Source: Epiperipatus broadwayi
Lineage: Eukaryota > Animalia > Onychophora
Assembly (NCBI GenBank): GCA_028023455.1
Contig: JAQFVV010000001.1
Coordinates: forward strand, 34,782,001 to 34,846,000
Direction of reading: 5' to 3'
Length of the DNA stretch: 64,000 nt
Shown here: piece after piece, positions 26,041 through 40,392 of the stretch
How positions within the stretch are numbered: the first letter of the stretch is position 1
How the letters are laid out: every line of letters starts with the position of its first letter
Position numbers and translations under genes: made by a program
The notes under the pieces: model-generated
The model's input: the letters and a program-made list of their open reading frames with translations, nothing else
Told to the model about the DNA's origin: nothing
Database searches by the model: none

Positions 26041-28379
26041 TTTGAGAGTAAAAAGTATTAATGGATCTGGCAGAGGGAGTGTAAAAAAAAAAAAATACTA
26101 GATCTTATGTGAAAGAAAAGTAGTCGTAAAAATCTTAAAACAAAAATAGAAATTTGATTTGGAGAGACTTATCTTACTTTGGAAGATGACTAATGATTAT
26201 CAATAAAAGTCAAGCACATATCAGAATGAGGATTATGACAGTCACAATAAAATTTTATTTGTTCTCAAATTGGTTTTTGCATTTTTAAAAGTTTTCAAAA
26301 CTTTAATATGGGGATGGTGAGTCAAATTCAAAATAAATGGTTATTCCTTAAATAGTCTTCAGTTTTTCATGGTTTATATATATAATTTGATAATTTGTTA
26401 TCAATAATTTAGCTAACTTTGAGATAGGCTTTGAAAATAAGTTTTGGTAAAATCAAAAAATATACAATAGATTTGCATTATCTATCATTTAGTGAATAAA
26501 AATAAAATTAAGAAATTGGAAATTATATTTATTTAGTTTAGTTAATATCAAATAAAGTAAATGAAAACGTGGACAAAAAAGTGGCTAGTAATATATTTAT
26601 TACTTGTTTCAATTTATGGTTGTAAATGTGGGGTTTAGCTACTGTAATTAGTACAACGGACTATAATAGTTTTTCATAATGATATGAGTGATATTATTAA
26701 TAACACAAATAAAAAAGAAAACATCTCGTGAAGATAATCGAATGAAGAGAAAAATATTTTAAATTGTTTTGAATTCTAAATTATAATAAAAAGTGAGGTT
26801 GGTCAAATGAGGAGGTTTAAACTTATTCGGAATTCTAATCTAATATAAAAATAGACAAAGATGGAAATATTTTGACTTGATGCTGATGATTATAAAATAG
26901 TGACAGCAAAATATTATTTTATAAAAATCTTGGGATAAAAAAAAATCAGAAAAAGTAAAATAATTGAAAGCGATAAACAATAAGAAACTAACGACTAAGA
27001 AAAGCTTACACCGCCAACAAAAGTAACAGCAAGTAATTTTTCTTTTTTAAATCAATTATTGTAAATAATAGCGTAGTTTCAAAAGATCATAAATTCATTT
27101 AACAGTATGAATACGTATAACTTATTTTAGTATTATTATATCAATGAGCTCAGTTTTTAATAAAAGATTTAATTTGTGTACACTTCAAAATTTTTAAGAC
27201 TTTTTTTTTTTTAAATTAAAAAATTTACCTCTATTTTTTTTTTTTGTAATCAGGCGAAATGCTAATTTCAGCGTCAGTTGATTGGTTTACTAAATTGCTT
27301 CACATTAATGATGTTTAAAAAATTAATTACCACATGAATAAAAGTATGCCCTATTCTTCATAATTGCTTAAAGAATTTATTCATTCAATTTTTCTTGCTA
27401 AAAATATTCTAAATTTATTGAATTACTTATCATTTTTTAATTATTAATGCAAAAATTATGAATAGTTTGAACAGAACATTTATTACTCAAACAATAATTC
27501 ATTTCTTGTAGCATTTTTCAATGTTGCAATTTATTTTAAAACTATTTTGACTTGACTTTTTGAGTGCACTGAATTTAGAACCGAGTTACAGTTTGAAACA
27601 TGAAAAATATCAAGCATTACATTTTGATAAAATATTAGACAATGTTGAGCCGGTCCGTCTGCTCAGCTTTTTAAAATATTAATACAGAATATTTTATATA
27701 TCTAAAATGAAGTGTTATATTTTCTTGTTTAATCAGTTGTCAGAAAGGAAATAAAATTACTAGGCGGTTTATTTATAGATTTATTTAAATGTTTAATATA
27801 TATATATATGAAAAGATAATGGAAGTTATGTTTGAATCCATTCAAATTTTAATAAAATATGAATGAATTGGCTGGCAGACAATCAGCCATTGGGGAACAT
27901 TTGAAAAAGAGTTGGCTCCATTTCTTTTATTGTGTCCCATTGTTGCAGAATTTGAATTCTGATAACCAAAGCTCTATTATTTTTTTTATGTGAATTTTAA
28001 TTAGAATTACAGCTATGATTAAAAATATTTGTCAAATTATTTAAATAAAATTATTCATTTCTCAAAGGATAAATATTTAAAAGTTATATCAAGATTGCAA
28101 TATAAAAGATAATAGTTTTCATCAATATTTAACATAAGCAAAAATGAATCTAATAATACAGTTATTGAATCGATCAGATAAAATTAATCTTCACTTAATA
28201 AATATTTATTTTTCAAAACGTCAACATATTTTCGATTTTAAAGAATGTATGTTAATTCTCTATAAAAATGATGTCCCATCTTTTTTCATACAGAGGTCAT
28301 ATATAAAGATTTATTCCAAAAGTTTCCCTTTTCATTTCTTTTTTTATGCTAAATAAGTGTTACTTTTAATAAAGAATGA

Positions 28380-29030
28380 CGAATATACATGAAGCTAGAA
28401 AGGATAAAGTAAAAATATCAAATAAGGTTGATGTAAAGTTTGGAATGAAAATAAATGAATGAATACTAAAACAATGAAGATTGCTAGAGAAGAAAAAAGA
28501 TTACATTGTCATTAAGTTAATTAGCAAATTGGCTTTATATCTTTTTATAAAAGTGATTAAATGATGATTAAAGTATCAATGAAAAATTAAAGTAAAACAA
28601 TTAAAATGAATAAGAGTTCATTTAATGGCTCACAAAGAGACTTACTAAAATTTTGTTTGGAACTTTATGTGAATTAGAATACGATTTTAAAAAGAAAAAA
28701 GATTAAAGCTATTAGAGAGATGAGTTTGTAAATGCAGATGAATTTAAAAGTATAGTATCAGCAAAAGCTAAAAGCTGATTTTGAGAAAGAAGATATCTGC
28801 ATGGATTTAGAGTGTGGATGAAGCAATAGAGAGCCCTGGAGAAAGTGGTCTCAGATGCGATATAAGAGCTGCTATGATGACTAACATTATTGATTGTAAA
28901 TATAAAAACAAATATTTTAATTGAAAATAAAATAATAGTTGGGTGGCTTTGTTGCTCAAGTTTGAGAACCAGAAATGCCACCCATGGAATCAATTCTAGG
29001 GTGCAACATTCCAGAGCCTGACACTCTATT
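28380..29030 (+). mobile_element. RTE-like LINE remnant
   Basis: FGMKINE..KTM and LHGFRVW (cf. G+KIN..KTK and LYG.E.W). Confidence 0.45.
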
Positions 29031-29639
29031 GCTGCACTGATTCATGCAAGGCAATAAAACTATAATAAAAATATGACTTACTTTTTAAATATATAACATT
29101 ATATGCTATAAATTTTGGTCAATACATACATATTCAAAATTAAACACTGCCTAATGCTATATTAGCAATTATAAGTAAAATAGAAATTTATACATTTCAA
29201 TATTAGCCCAAAACGGAATTTTACTAAAATTCTTACATAACCATGGTTTCATCTATTAAGAAAAAGACGTTGTCAAATGAAATTCAATTAAACATATAAC
29301 ACACACACACATATATATATATATATAAGTATATTTTTATACACAACTCAAGTATGTATGAATAAATATAAAAATATAGAAATATTATTTTGATAGAAAA
29401 TCAAAAATTGATTTCTATTTATTTGATTGTTGTTTTATGTACATAGATATTATTAAAGTTGGTATTTTTTAATCCATACAAAATCAAATATAATCAAACT
29501 ATTTTATTTACTATAAACGTGAAGTTTAAAGTTAATGAAACAAATTGAGATGGATCTTTTATATATAATATACATATATAATAATCCAAAAAATGTTTGG
29601 GCCAGTTTGGAAATTGGTATACTCATGAATATATATAAA

Positions 29640-32600
29640 AAATATGTTAATTCACCAATACTTCTTAGGCTCCTTCTCAGTCTTTGAACTTTGCCTTTAA
29701 ATTCTTATAACGATTATAAAATTCCACATTCATTCCTTTATTTTGCTAAGCAGAAGATGTTTAATATTTCTTTTTAACAAAGTTATGAAAAATAAAATCA
29801 TTGTCAGAGAAATAAACAGATTTATTCATTTTTGTAAACCCAAGTACATTCTTATTCATATTTACAATAGATAAATTAAGAGAATTGTATGTCTTAATCA
29901 CATGACAAATTTGAAAATCTAACTTAGCAATTTTAGTGTTTAATATATATTTAAATTTGTCATGAGTAACAGTAGTTCCTAATGAATAAACATTAATTTT
30001 TTTTAGGAATATATTTGTCATAGAAACTATTTGTTTAATGCAGTTATTTTATTTTTGGAATATATTAATTTGTAATCTCTACAGCAATCTGTGCTTATAA
30101 TTATTCATGTAATATTAGCTTCTACCTTCTGACCCCATAAGATATTATTGTTTTAAGCAGCTTAAGTGTATTCTATGCTGAGGTATTTGCATAAATAAAG
30201 GTTTCAGATGTTAGTTAATCATAGTTCTGTGCAGAAATTCAAAAAGAGATCATTTGATTACAAAGAATCAATACCTTATTCCCACTAATGTCAGCCAAAA
30301 CTTTCTGATATTACCAATATACATATGCATTAAAGTTTCTGAAAAAGAAGTTCAGTTTTCTAATAGTATTGATGCAATAACTCTCATCTGATAAGAATAA
30401 AAAAAAATCCGATCTCTCTAATATTATAAAGGAACATAAGCACTTATATTATAGGCATAAGTCTTTTATAATACAAATTAATTTTTAATATTATTAAGTT
30501 GTTATGGATGTATCTAGAAATTCCAAAAATAGAAAAAAGTAAATTCAACTTCACAATTTATATAACATAATGCAGTCTCTTTTCATTCAATAATTTGCTC
30601 TTTTAAAAAACTTATAGTCATATATATGTACAATTATTTTTGTTTTTGAAAGATATGTTTCATTAAAAGCAGCAATATAAATCTTAAATTTTTTCAGCTT
30701 CTTAGTTAGAAGTGTTGTTTTAAATTCTGGTCTTTAAGACTCCATGAATCTATATTAGAAAAATATTGAAATTCTTAGTTTCATTTCTATCACTATATAT
30801 TGCTTTATCATCATTACTATTACTCATATGAGCAATCCCTTAGATATGAGTGAAACACTATATTAAATCATTATCATAAATTCTTCTATGTGTGCAATAA
30901 GTAGAGAGTCTAATAAATAGAATTATGCAAATGTATAATCAATTCCTAAATGAAATTCCTGTTCTAAATCCAGTTACAAAATGACCCATTAATATAAGGT
31001 GACAATTAAGGATTTTAGTATTCCTTCTTTCTTTAACATGCTTTTTCAACGCTGAAGGTTTTTGAATGCAGAATTGAAAACAAAGGAGAAAATATTGGAA
31101 TGAAAATTGTATTTCAAGTAATTAAAAAATATGATTTCACAATTATGCAATAACCATTACTACATTCACTGAAGAGTAATGATCAACAGCAAGAGAAGTC
31201 TATAACAATTGCAATCTATACTAACTTAAATGATGGTTGATAGCAAGGCAAATGGAGAGTTAATAAAAAAGAGCAATAGTTGGAGACTGAAATAACTATT
31301 TATGTCAGAAACACTTTAACCATAGATATACAACATCCTATTCTATAAGACAGAGAATATAAATCTGGGGTCCATAATCATAGTGTCTTACACTGGTTAT
31401 TATTTTTATAACAATGGATTTAGATCATGAGATAGTTATTATCATAAGGTGTTAAACTCAATACCTATAAGATTCATAATTGATATAATAATCATCAAAT
31501 ATAAGAATTAACTACAAATCTATCTTGTAGAAATATATCTAAAAGAATTAGCACTACCACTGACATTGCCAATCTGATTACCAAATTTCTAAGCCTAACA
31601 TTGGTAGAACTGATAATTAAAACCTATTGTCAAAAGCTCCAAAGAGCAGACTTCATAATTTTCAGAGCTTTTAAATAAATTTAATATCTTAAACCAAGAA
31701 GCTTCATTATTGAAATTATTCATCAGAATCATTTATACAAATATTATTTCTAAAAATTTAACATGAAAATAAAACAACCAGAATTTCAAAATCTAATAAA
31801 GCTACCTTTAGGACAGGCCATAGTTGAGCTAGAATGAACTGATACAAATCATTTCTATCATTATCTATTTGCATAGAAGAGTGTTTTCAATATAAACTGA
31901 AGATTGCTACTATTTTTATTGACAAAATGATTTTCTTTCAAAAATCTCTGTGCAAGAAAATTATTAAAACTCACTTGACAAAGTGTTCTTCAACAAAAAA
32001 GTTTGAGTATCTTGGGAAAAGAATCATACAAAATTTTACAGAATAGCCTTCTGCAAAATTTAATCTCACTTTAATATATTCATCAATGAACTTCCAAATA
32101 AAAAATGCAAAAGTTTGATCAGATATTGCCTTAGCTTCATAAAAAACATTTTTCCCAAAGAAATTTTTTTTTTTTTAAGTTCAAAAATATTTTCAGGGAT
32201 TGGGGTCTTGTTTCTAATTCCATTCCTTTAATCTTCCAAAGACAGTTTCCAACTCTATATTTAAACAATAGGAAAACTTGTAAAATGAATAAATTTTCAG
32301 CATCAGTAGACTAAACATGCTTCCCTAGGAGTCAATTTGGAGTCTAGACTAATATGACTTTCTCATTCATCAAAGATTAGATTTAAAATTTTTTGTAAAA
32401 ATCTTTTCTCTGGAAAGATTTCTGGCATTACTTGCAGTTATGATACAAATATTCTAAGAACAATCTAATTAGTACTAGAATATACAACAGCTGAAGATCA
32501 TACTCCTATTTGGATAAAAAAATTCTTATACTATTGTTTTTAAAATACTTAGTTAAATATTATTAAGAGAAATATTATCGGCACATTCAAGCCTATTTTT

Positions 32601-32950
32601 TTATAGTGGCTTCTTGGAGTTTTCCTTGATCAGATATCAATGGACAACAAAAAAGAATATAAAAAGTTATTAAATAAATCATATTTACCACTGTTTCAAA
32701 ATTATAGCTTCACCAATTAAAATATATTTTAATTAATATCTTTTTCCAGATGTTGAACCAATAATTTTTTCAACAGTAAATTATGGCATGAGAAATGAAA
32801 TTTCATGAAATCCTACTTTTTTTTTTCAGATTCAGTAATAAAGTTAGCTGGATTTCATCAGTGGATCCATGGTGACCATCATGATTATTTGCTTGTCTTT
32901 TGTGGAAATAGAATTTTAAAATCCTTGGCTTATATAGGTGTAGATACATA
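29640..32950 (-). mobile_element. L1/Tx1-like LINE remnant spanning endonuclease to post-RT
   Basis: Minus: endonuclease-like segment near 32900; YSVS (KAYDSVS) near 30850; LAD near 30300; ORF 29761-30021 YSLG...LSIV..KNVLG..MNKSVY (post-RT). Confidence 0.65.
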
Positions 32951-34139
32951 AATCATGTGCACATTGTTAATGGTTATCCAATCTATGCATATAACATCAA
33001 AATGAAAGGACTTTATAAAGTGCTTAGGGAATTTCTTTCCTCATTGAATCATCTCAAGATTCTTTTATAATGTCTGTGAATATGTAACAGTTCAAAACAA
33101 AAAAAAACATACAATAAATAAATAATGATAAACATAATGAAAAAGTAACTGAAAAACATGAGATCATTATTTTAAGACTAGATTAAAATATATGAAGGAA
33201 TTCCAAAATCTAAGCCATCTGTTTTTTTTATTTTTTTATATTGAATCTTTACCTAAAATGACAAGCAATTTCTAGTCGGTGTTAGAAAAGAAAAAAAAAT
33301 CTTTTAGATTTTTATTTGCTTTTCTGAAAATTAAAACGTTCTGAATGGTTGTGAAGTTGAACAGGAAAACACATCAGCTCTCTTAAAGATAACAATTATT
33401 AAATAGCTGAAGTAGAAAAAGTTTTAATTTTAAAATGTTTAATACGAAGATATTTGTCTAATCAATATGTTAGAATACAAAGAATTTACATTTTACATAA
33501 ATGTACTAGTTTCTTTTTCTTTTATTAAAGAAAAGATGTTCATGTATGTTGTCAGAATGATGAGAAAATAACAAATATTCAAAAATAAATATTATACTTT
33601 GAAGAAAACTCAACCATGGAAATATCTTCTAAAGTATTACAAAAAAATATATTAATAATATTTATTTAATAAAAATAATAACGACTTACATTTTGCAATT
33701 TATGTTAATGTAAACACATACATATAATTATATCTTTCGAGATAATATTTTAGGCATAACAGGTTAGATGACCCGCAGAAAAACTTTATAATGACGTCAC
33801 ATAATGACCTCTTCTAAATTTCTTCAATCTGTTATTTTTATATTTATGAACATATAATATCCAAACGTACTTTCAAACTAAGATTCAGGACTAAAGGATT
33901 TGAAACAAATGTTTAACGGCACATGATTTGCATAAATTCTATTCAAATTTTAAAAGTTTATGAACCTTGTAATTCTTTTTTTGTAAATGAAAATTAATAT
34001 ATACCACTCAATAAGCAAAACATTTCTTGTTCACTTGGAGAAATATTTACTTTCAGGTCCAATTGCTGTGGCAAAATCCAATGGTGAAATGCAGTTGCTA
34101 CATTTTTGTAAGAATATGTAATTGAATAGTAATTATATG

Positions 34140-34400
34140 TTGGATTATTTTCATCATCTAATATTGAATAATGAATGTCTTTAGAAAAATTCAAACATTA
34201 TTTTAATTTCCCAAATACATTTAACTGTTAATAATAGCATCCAGGTTAGAATATAGGGTAATTTTTTGAATGGTACCATGCTTTTCTCTTCTTCAGATGT
34301 TGCTGAATTCTGATTACTGATAGTTCTATTGTGAACTTGAACCTACACCTTTAGGTTTGTGAATAGTGAATTTAAGATAACACACTAACCAACTGAATTA
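34140..34400 (-). mobile_element. tRNA-derived SINE
   Basis: ctaaccaactgaa (34386-98) and the body at 34140-34250 are homologous to 59090-59350. Confidence 0.7.
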
Positions 34401-36899
34401 TTCTGTGAAAAGCAGAAAAAAATTACCTTCAATATGAATTTAAAGGTCCAAGTTTATTTCCCATACTCATACTGTTACTGGTCAGGCTAGCAACACCTGA
34501 AGAAGAGAGGGGAAAAATACTACTCAAAACATTATGTTATATACTGACCTGCATGTTATTACTTAATGTACTTGGAAAGTTTAAATAAAGTTTGAATTTT
34601 TTAAAGATATTCACTATTTAATATTAGATGATGGAAATAGTCCAACATATAAATACTACTAAAATGCCATCACTACAAACCTGCAAATAAATATGTGTAA
34701 TTGAATGGTTAATTGCTCAGAAAATCATATATTTTAGCACCATAAGTTTATTATTTTATTACTGTACAATAATACATGGAAAAAATGAACATATAGTTAG
34801 ATGATCTAGAAGTAGTGTAACCTTTAATGCCAAAAAATAGCATTAAATTTTGATCCAGGAATCTTTAACTATAAAGTTCATTGCTCTACCACAGTGCTAA
34901 ACCACATAATATTTTGCAAACATTGAGAAATAATCATTTATTTTTTCAATGTTTTCAGAAGATTCTCTTAGATTGGTTTGGGAACTATTTTTTGAAGCCT
35001 TTAATTACAGCACAATTACTAATTTTATTGAGATTTTCCTTAATTTCATCTCATAACTTCCTAATATCAGAATTTGTCATTCAATTATTTGACATGTGTG
35101 TTCAATCAAATAATATCATTTGCTTTAGTATCTTATTACTACCATACTTTAAACTTGCTTTTAAATAGAAAATTTAAAATTCTCAAGTGTATATTGTAAT
35201 CCAAAGCTTATGTCACAGTTGGGCATGAAGCAAAAGACAATGAGTTTGTGTATAATTTGTTTAAAATTGGATGCATCTTTATGGAAAGTAAATTAAAATG
35301 AATATATATTTGTTTTATTCCTTTAATAATAATAATAATTAATAATAATTATTATTTAAAATAATGATATATAAAATTATTACAATGATTAAATATTTTA
35401 GGATATCTTTACAGATTTACCCAAATAATCTTAATGTATTCTTATGTGAACAAACTATATTCCAGTGTATAAAAACTTACTCTAAGATAAAAGAGAATGT
35501 ACAGATAACAATTAATTAATTCTCTCATTCCCAGATTAATATAAAGTTAAAATCAGTTAATTCTCAGAGTTCTTAATTAAGTTGATTAAATTATTTATTT
35601 ACTGAAAGATAAAATTAATAATTATAAGTAACTTATCCTAAGTATGATCAAGGTATCAAAGGGATTTTATTATACCCTATCACACATTATAGAATTTTAT
35701 ATTACAATTAAAGATGAAAATAATAAGTAATGCAAATAGATTTAATAAAAAAAATTAATTTAATAAAGTGGAAGTATGACTCCTTTTATTATGAAAATGT
35801 GTAAAAGATCATGATTTTAGCAATAACAAACAACTGTGTTATAAATATAACAACTACTTTATTATTAAAAACAATTATATATAAAAAGAACAACAAAATA
35901 TTAGCAAACAATAAACAAACTTATAATAGCAAAAGTTCTCTTAAAAATAATTACGAATATTATTATCTGTTCTCTTTAAATATTCTAACCTTGGGTTATG
36001 AATTTGTGTATGGTCAATAAAGTGATATAGGTACAAAACACTATATTGGAGAGGGTTGTATATTTTTCATTCAATGCCTACCATTAATTATAGGTGGATA
36101 AAAATATTTTACAATATCTTTAAGTGATAATTAGTCCACTAGCAACATTATTCTCAAAATTGGTCTAGTTTCTTAATCCTTTTAAAACAAGCAAATTATT
36201 TACCTAGTAGTCATATCAATGCTACACAAGTATCTAATTCCATAAAAGTCTGACTATTGCATCTCTTAGTGGCATGACTTGATACTTTGTCTAGCTTATA
36301 TTATACATTAAAGTTTTAATCTTTAGTTAGAAGCAAACCTTAGCTAACAAATAAAGTTTAGAATTATTGATACCACAAGAGTGCTTTGTTGCACAATATA
36401 ACAATCATCAATTTCCATATAACATTTATTAGGCACAATTAAGATAATATTTTCTGACCATTCAATTATCTACTCAGGATATTTTATGACTGAATAAGGT
36501 GAAGCTGAGAACAAGGTCAAAAATAATATAAAATAAGTTAAATATAATAGGTTTATATGGTTTATAAATTAATTTAACTTAATACAACCTGTCTCCAATA
36601 TAAAATATTATATATATATATATAAAATTTGTACTCAATTCTAACTAATAATATAAGATGTACCTTTTTATATACCAGCATTCTCCTGAGAACTTTATTC
36701 ATTATAATTACAATAATAATTATATAAAAAAATAATTTCATAATTAAAAAAACTATTTCAATAAATAATTATGTTTAATAGGTAATCCCCAAACTCCATG
36801 TATAATCAAAAGCATTTTATTCAAATGTATCATACTTTTGAAGTAGCATTCAAAGATAATCAAAATTTTACTGATAATAATTATAATAATATATACTTA

Positions 36900-37950
36900 A
36901 CAATAAATCCACAAGATGGAATAATCGATTAGAAAGTTAAAATTCGAGTCACATATTAATAGAAATTCTTTTCCAAAGATTTGCAATTAATGAAATTATT
37001 ACTCATATTCCAGCTTGCATGGTTGTAACAATTCTTTTTGAAAACATTATTTACCACATTATAACATCTCTGTCATATTTTGTGGTTATAGCATCAAAAA
37101 TTAGAGATCCATTATTCTTGGGAAGACATTAGAACTATAGTTTTTCATAAAAAATAAGCAAGTTAATCCTTTGAGAAACAATAAGTCCCAGTGGTTAGTG
37201 TTTATCTTATACATTAAATGCCATGATTTGATAATCCATTAATTAAGCAAATTGAATTCAGGTTCTTTTATTAACTTATGACACCTTGCAGAGAATGAAT
37301 AAGCCATTGTCTTGAATTACTTTCACTAATCTTCCATAAGATTTTAAACAGCTTTCATATGTGAATACTTATATGCTAAATATTTATTTGTAGTTTGTAC
37401 AAAGCTTTTAACATTCACTAAATTCATAGGGAGAGGCAGTCAAAGATATTCCAAGTAAGTTATTCCAACTTCAAACAAAAGAGACAAATGATTTCTGAAA
37501 ATATTAGTATGAAGCCACATCCCATAAGTGATTTTATAAATTTCATTGGAGAATTAAAGCATTTAAATTTGATTTCCTTGTCAATAACATTTGATGATAA
37601 TTCTTATTGTTGTTGTGATTTATTCATTTAGGTTCATGAGAGAAAACATTTTGCCTAACTAGAAAAATGTCCCATAAGTTTCTCTACTCTTCCATTTTGA
37701 AGTTGAACAAGATGGCCAATTTCAATTTTTAATTGGATATAGTCCTTAATGCACATAATGATTAATTTAATTTTGACAGGAGATGATATTTATAGCTTTT
37801 TATCATGTGATCTATGATATCACCCAATATGATCCAGAGTTCTTAGAATTTCATGATTTTATGGGTAAAATTTGTCCCATTGCTATGGTAATAATTTCCT
37901 ATCAGATGAACTTGAGCATATAGGGATTTCCAAAAGCACAAATTTTAAGA
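36900..37950 (-). mobile_element. L1/Tx1-like LINE remnant (RT C-terminal/post-RT)
   Basis: Minus translation fragments are collinear with the 24.7-25.1 kb ORF. Many stops. Confidence 0.5.
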
Positions 37951-38879
37951 AATTTCATTAAATGAAGATTAAAATATTCAAAATTTAATATTAAAAATTT
38001 ACTGTTATTCCTTAATTTAGATTATCACTGTATAACTAAAATGTGCAATTGTTTATTTTAACTATAAATAATTTATAACTTACGAATATTATACAACAAT
38101 AATCTGTGATTATATTTTAAAGTTCTCAATAAATAAATTGATCCAATAAACTATTTATTAGATGAGTTTTAATAATCAATAAAACAAACTCCATTTAATC
38201 ATTTTATACTAGTAACTTTCTAAATTGACTCAGTTTTTAAATACAAACACATTTACACAATGTTTACATTTTTCTTTCCTAATTGGATGCAATGCTGGCT
38301 GTATAATTCTCATAATATAATCATTAAATTAATAGTTTAAATATTATGTTTTATTGTGTGGGTTTAGGAACTTCTATTTTATATATTTTCCACTAATATT
38401 AAATTTATGTGTGTGATTTCTGTTTGCACACACATATAAAAAAATCAACTGCGCTTTTTGAAAAGAAAAAAATTGAGATGCACACAATTCTGCTATGCAT
38501 TGGTTAATAAACTGCTTGGAAGACATTTTGGATAACTTTCTACTACTCCATTATAATAAGTAGTACTATAAGAGACTTTTAAAATTCACTTTTAATCATA
38601 TTACCTATACCAATGATAGTCATTGATTTTCTTAACTTAACTCTAAAAGAAAGCCAATATTATTTTTTTTATTTATAGATTATAGCTATTTTTATTAATT
38701 CCCTTAGCAAAATATAAGGTTACAATATACATAATGGCAATTCACGTGATACCAGCTGATAAAATAAAATGGTAAATGACAAATAAATAAACACAAAAAG
38801 TGCATAAATAAAAAACTCATGTTTTAATAAATTAATAATAAAATAATTGTTAAATGCTTAAATAGACAAACATAGATCT

Positions 38880-38990
38880 CATTTAGTTGGTTAAGTGCTT
38901 TGATAGAGTGATAGATTCTGGAGCTCAAGATCTATAAATACAGCCAGCTCTGTTACTTCCAGTGCTCAAACATGCTATGAACACTTTAAC
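38880..38990 (+). mobile_element. tRNA-like SINE head (decayed)
   Basis: atttagttggttaag A-box-like. agagtgatagattctggagctcaagat recurs at about 56895 (agagtgatggatttgggagctaaagat). Confidence 0.4.
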
Positions 38991-39562
38991 ACTATTCCAT
39001 TTCATTTTACATTTGATTGATCATTAATCAATTCAAAAACAAAAAAGTGAAAAGCTTTTGGCAGCTAAGGCACAGTAATTATTTGATCGTAATATAAAAC
39101 TGGCATTCAGACAGAGAACTTTACAAAATTTATATTGCTTACCTAAGATACTTTTTAATTTTGTAATTCCAATTAAATAAGTTTTTTTTAAAAAATAATA
39201 ATCAACAATTAAAAGATATTGACAAAATTTTAATGAAATCATCTATTCAAAAAAGTTATATCAATAGATTATCGTTATGTTGATATTGCAATAAAATAAT
39301 CTGTTTATTCATTACATCCGTAGATTTTACTACCATCAAATGCTTTATTGATACCAATATATACAATAAAAAGAATATTTGAAGCTTTATATGATTATAT
39401 ATAAAATTTAATTTAATATAATCATTCAAATCAATGCACAAATAATATATATATATATATATAGGAGGAGGCCTTGACAATAGGTTGGGATTGTTGATTG
39501 TTATTGAAATTGAGATTATCTAAGTGCTGACTGATTTTTATATATATGTGTATAATGCTTTA

Positions 39563-40392
39563 GGTTGTCATTGATTAGCCCCCGTACACCACTTGATGAC
39601 ACTGTTTCCATGCAAAAGTACAGAAATATATTGCTCACACAGCCTATAGAATAGTTCTGTTCATATTAGCCATTATAGCAGCTTTTGTGCTTTGCGGTAC
39701 TATCGCACATTTCACAGATCACTATAGTATTATGTGAGGGTGTGTAGAAGTTAAGTTGTCATAAGTCTTTGTATATGCACTCAAAGTACTTTTTTCCAGA
39801 TGACCTGACATAGTTTTATAAGACGTGCTTATGTACACATATTTTTAAAGTTAAACAAATTTCAAAAGTGTACGTTCCAGCATTATACAGAAATCACGCA
39901 TAAAACGTATTTTGCGCAGGGACAGCTATGAGACTTTCAAAGCATAAGCTTGGCTTGATCAGAGGAAAATTTTAAAATCGAATTGTGTTTAGTAAATTGT
40001 TTTAAAATAGTGTTGAAAACTTTTTTTTTTTGATCAGACGGTAATTGAAAAAAGGAAATATTAGATTTTATTAAATAATTTTGTTTTTCAAAATGTTGTG
40101 TATGTTGTGATGGATGATCCTTTGGATCATCAAAACCATCAGATCCCTCTACACACTGACATGGATAATGTTTTCAAAATTGTCATGCAAGTGACAGATG
40201 ACTCTTTGGAACATCAAAATTATCGGATCCCTCTCCCTGCGAATTCCAGTGCTAAGCGCTGACATGTATAGTGTTGTATCAGAATAGTGTAAAAAAAGTA
40301 AATTGTAAATCAGCCCGATAATGTTATATCTATTAGTTTTTGACTAGCAACAGAGCCATCAAGCAGCGTACAGGGGCTAATTGATGATAACC
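39563..40392. mobile_element. Non-autonomous DNA transposon, Merlin-like (830 bp)
   Basis: About 44-bp imperfect TIRs starting GGTT (GGTTGTCATTGATTAGCCCCCGTAC). 8-bp TSD atgcttta / atgctttg. GG termini with an 8-bp TSD fit Merlin; the superfamily call is inferred. Confidence 0.75.

Noticed and set aside
33158-33185. bantam-like TGAGATCATT
   Set aside because: Seed-only match with no precursor hairpin.
34058-34108. Apparent exon ttcag|...|gtaaga encoding PIAVAKSNGEMQLLHF
   Set aside because: Isolated, adjacent to a SINE tail, and no partner exons.
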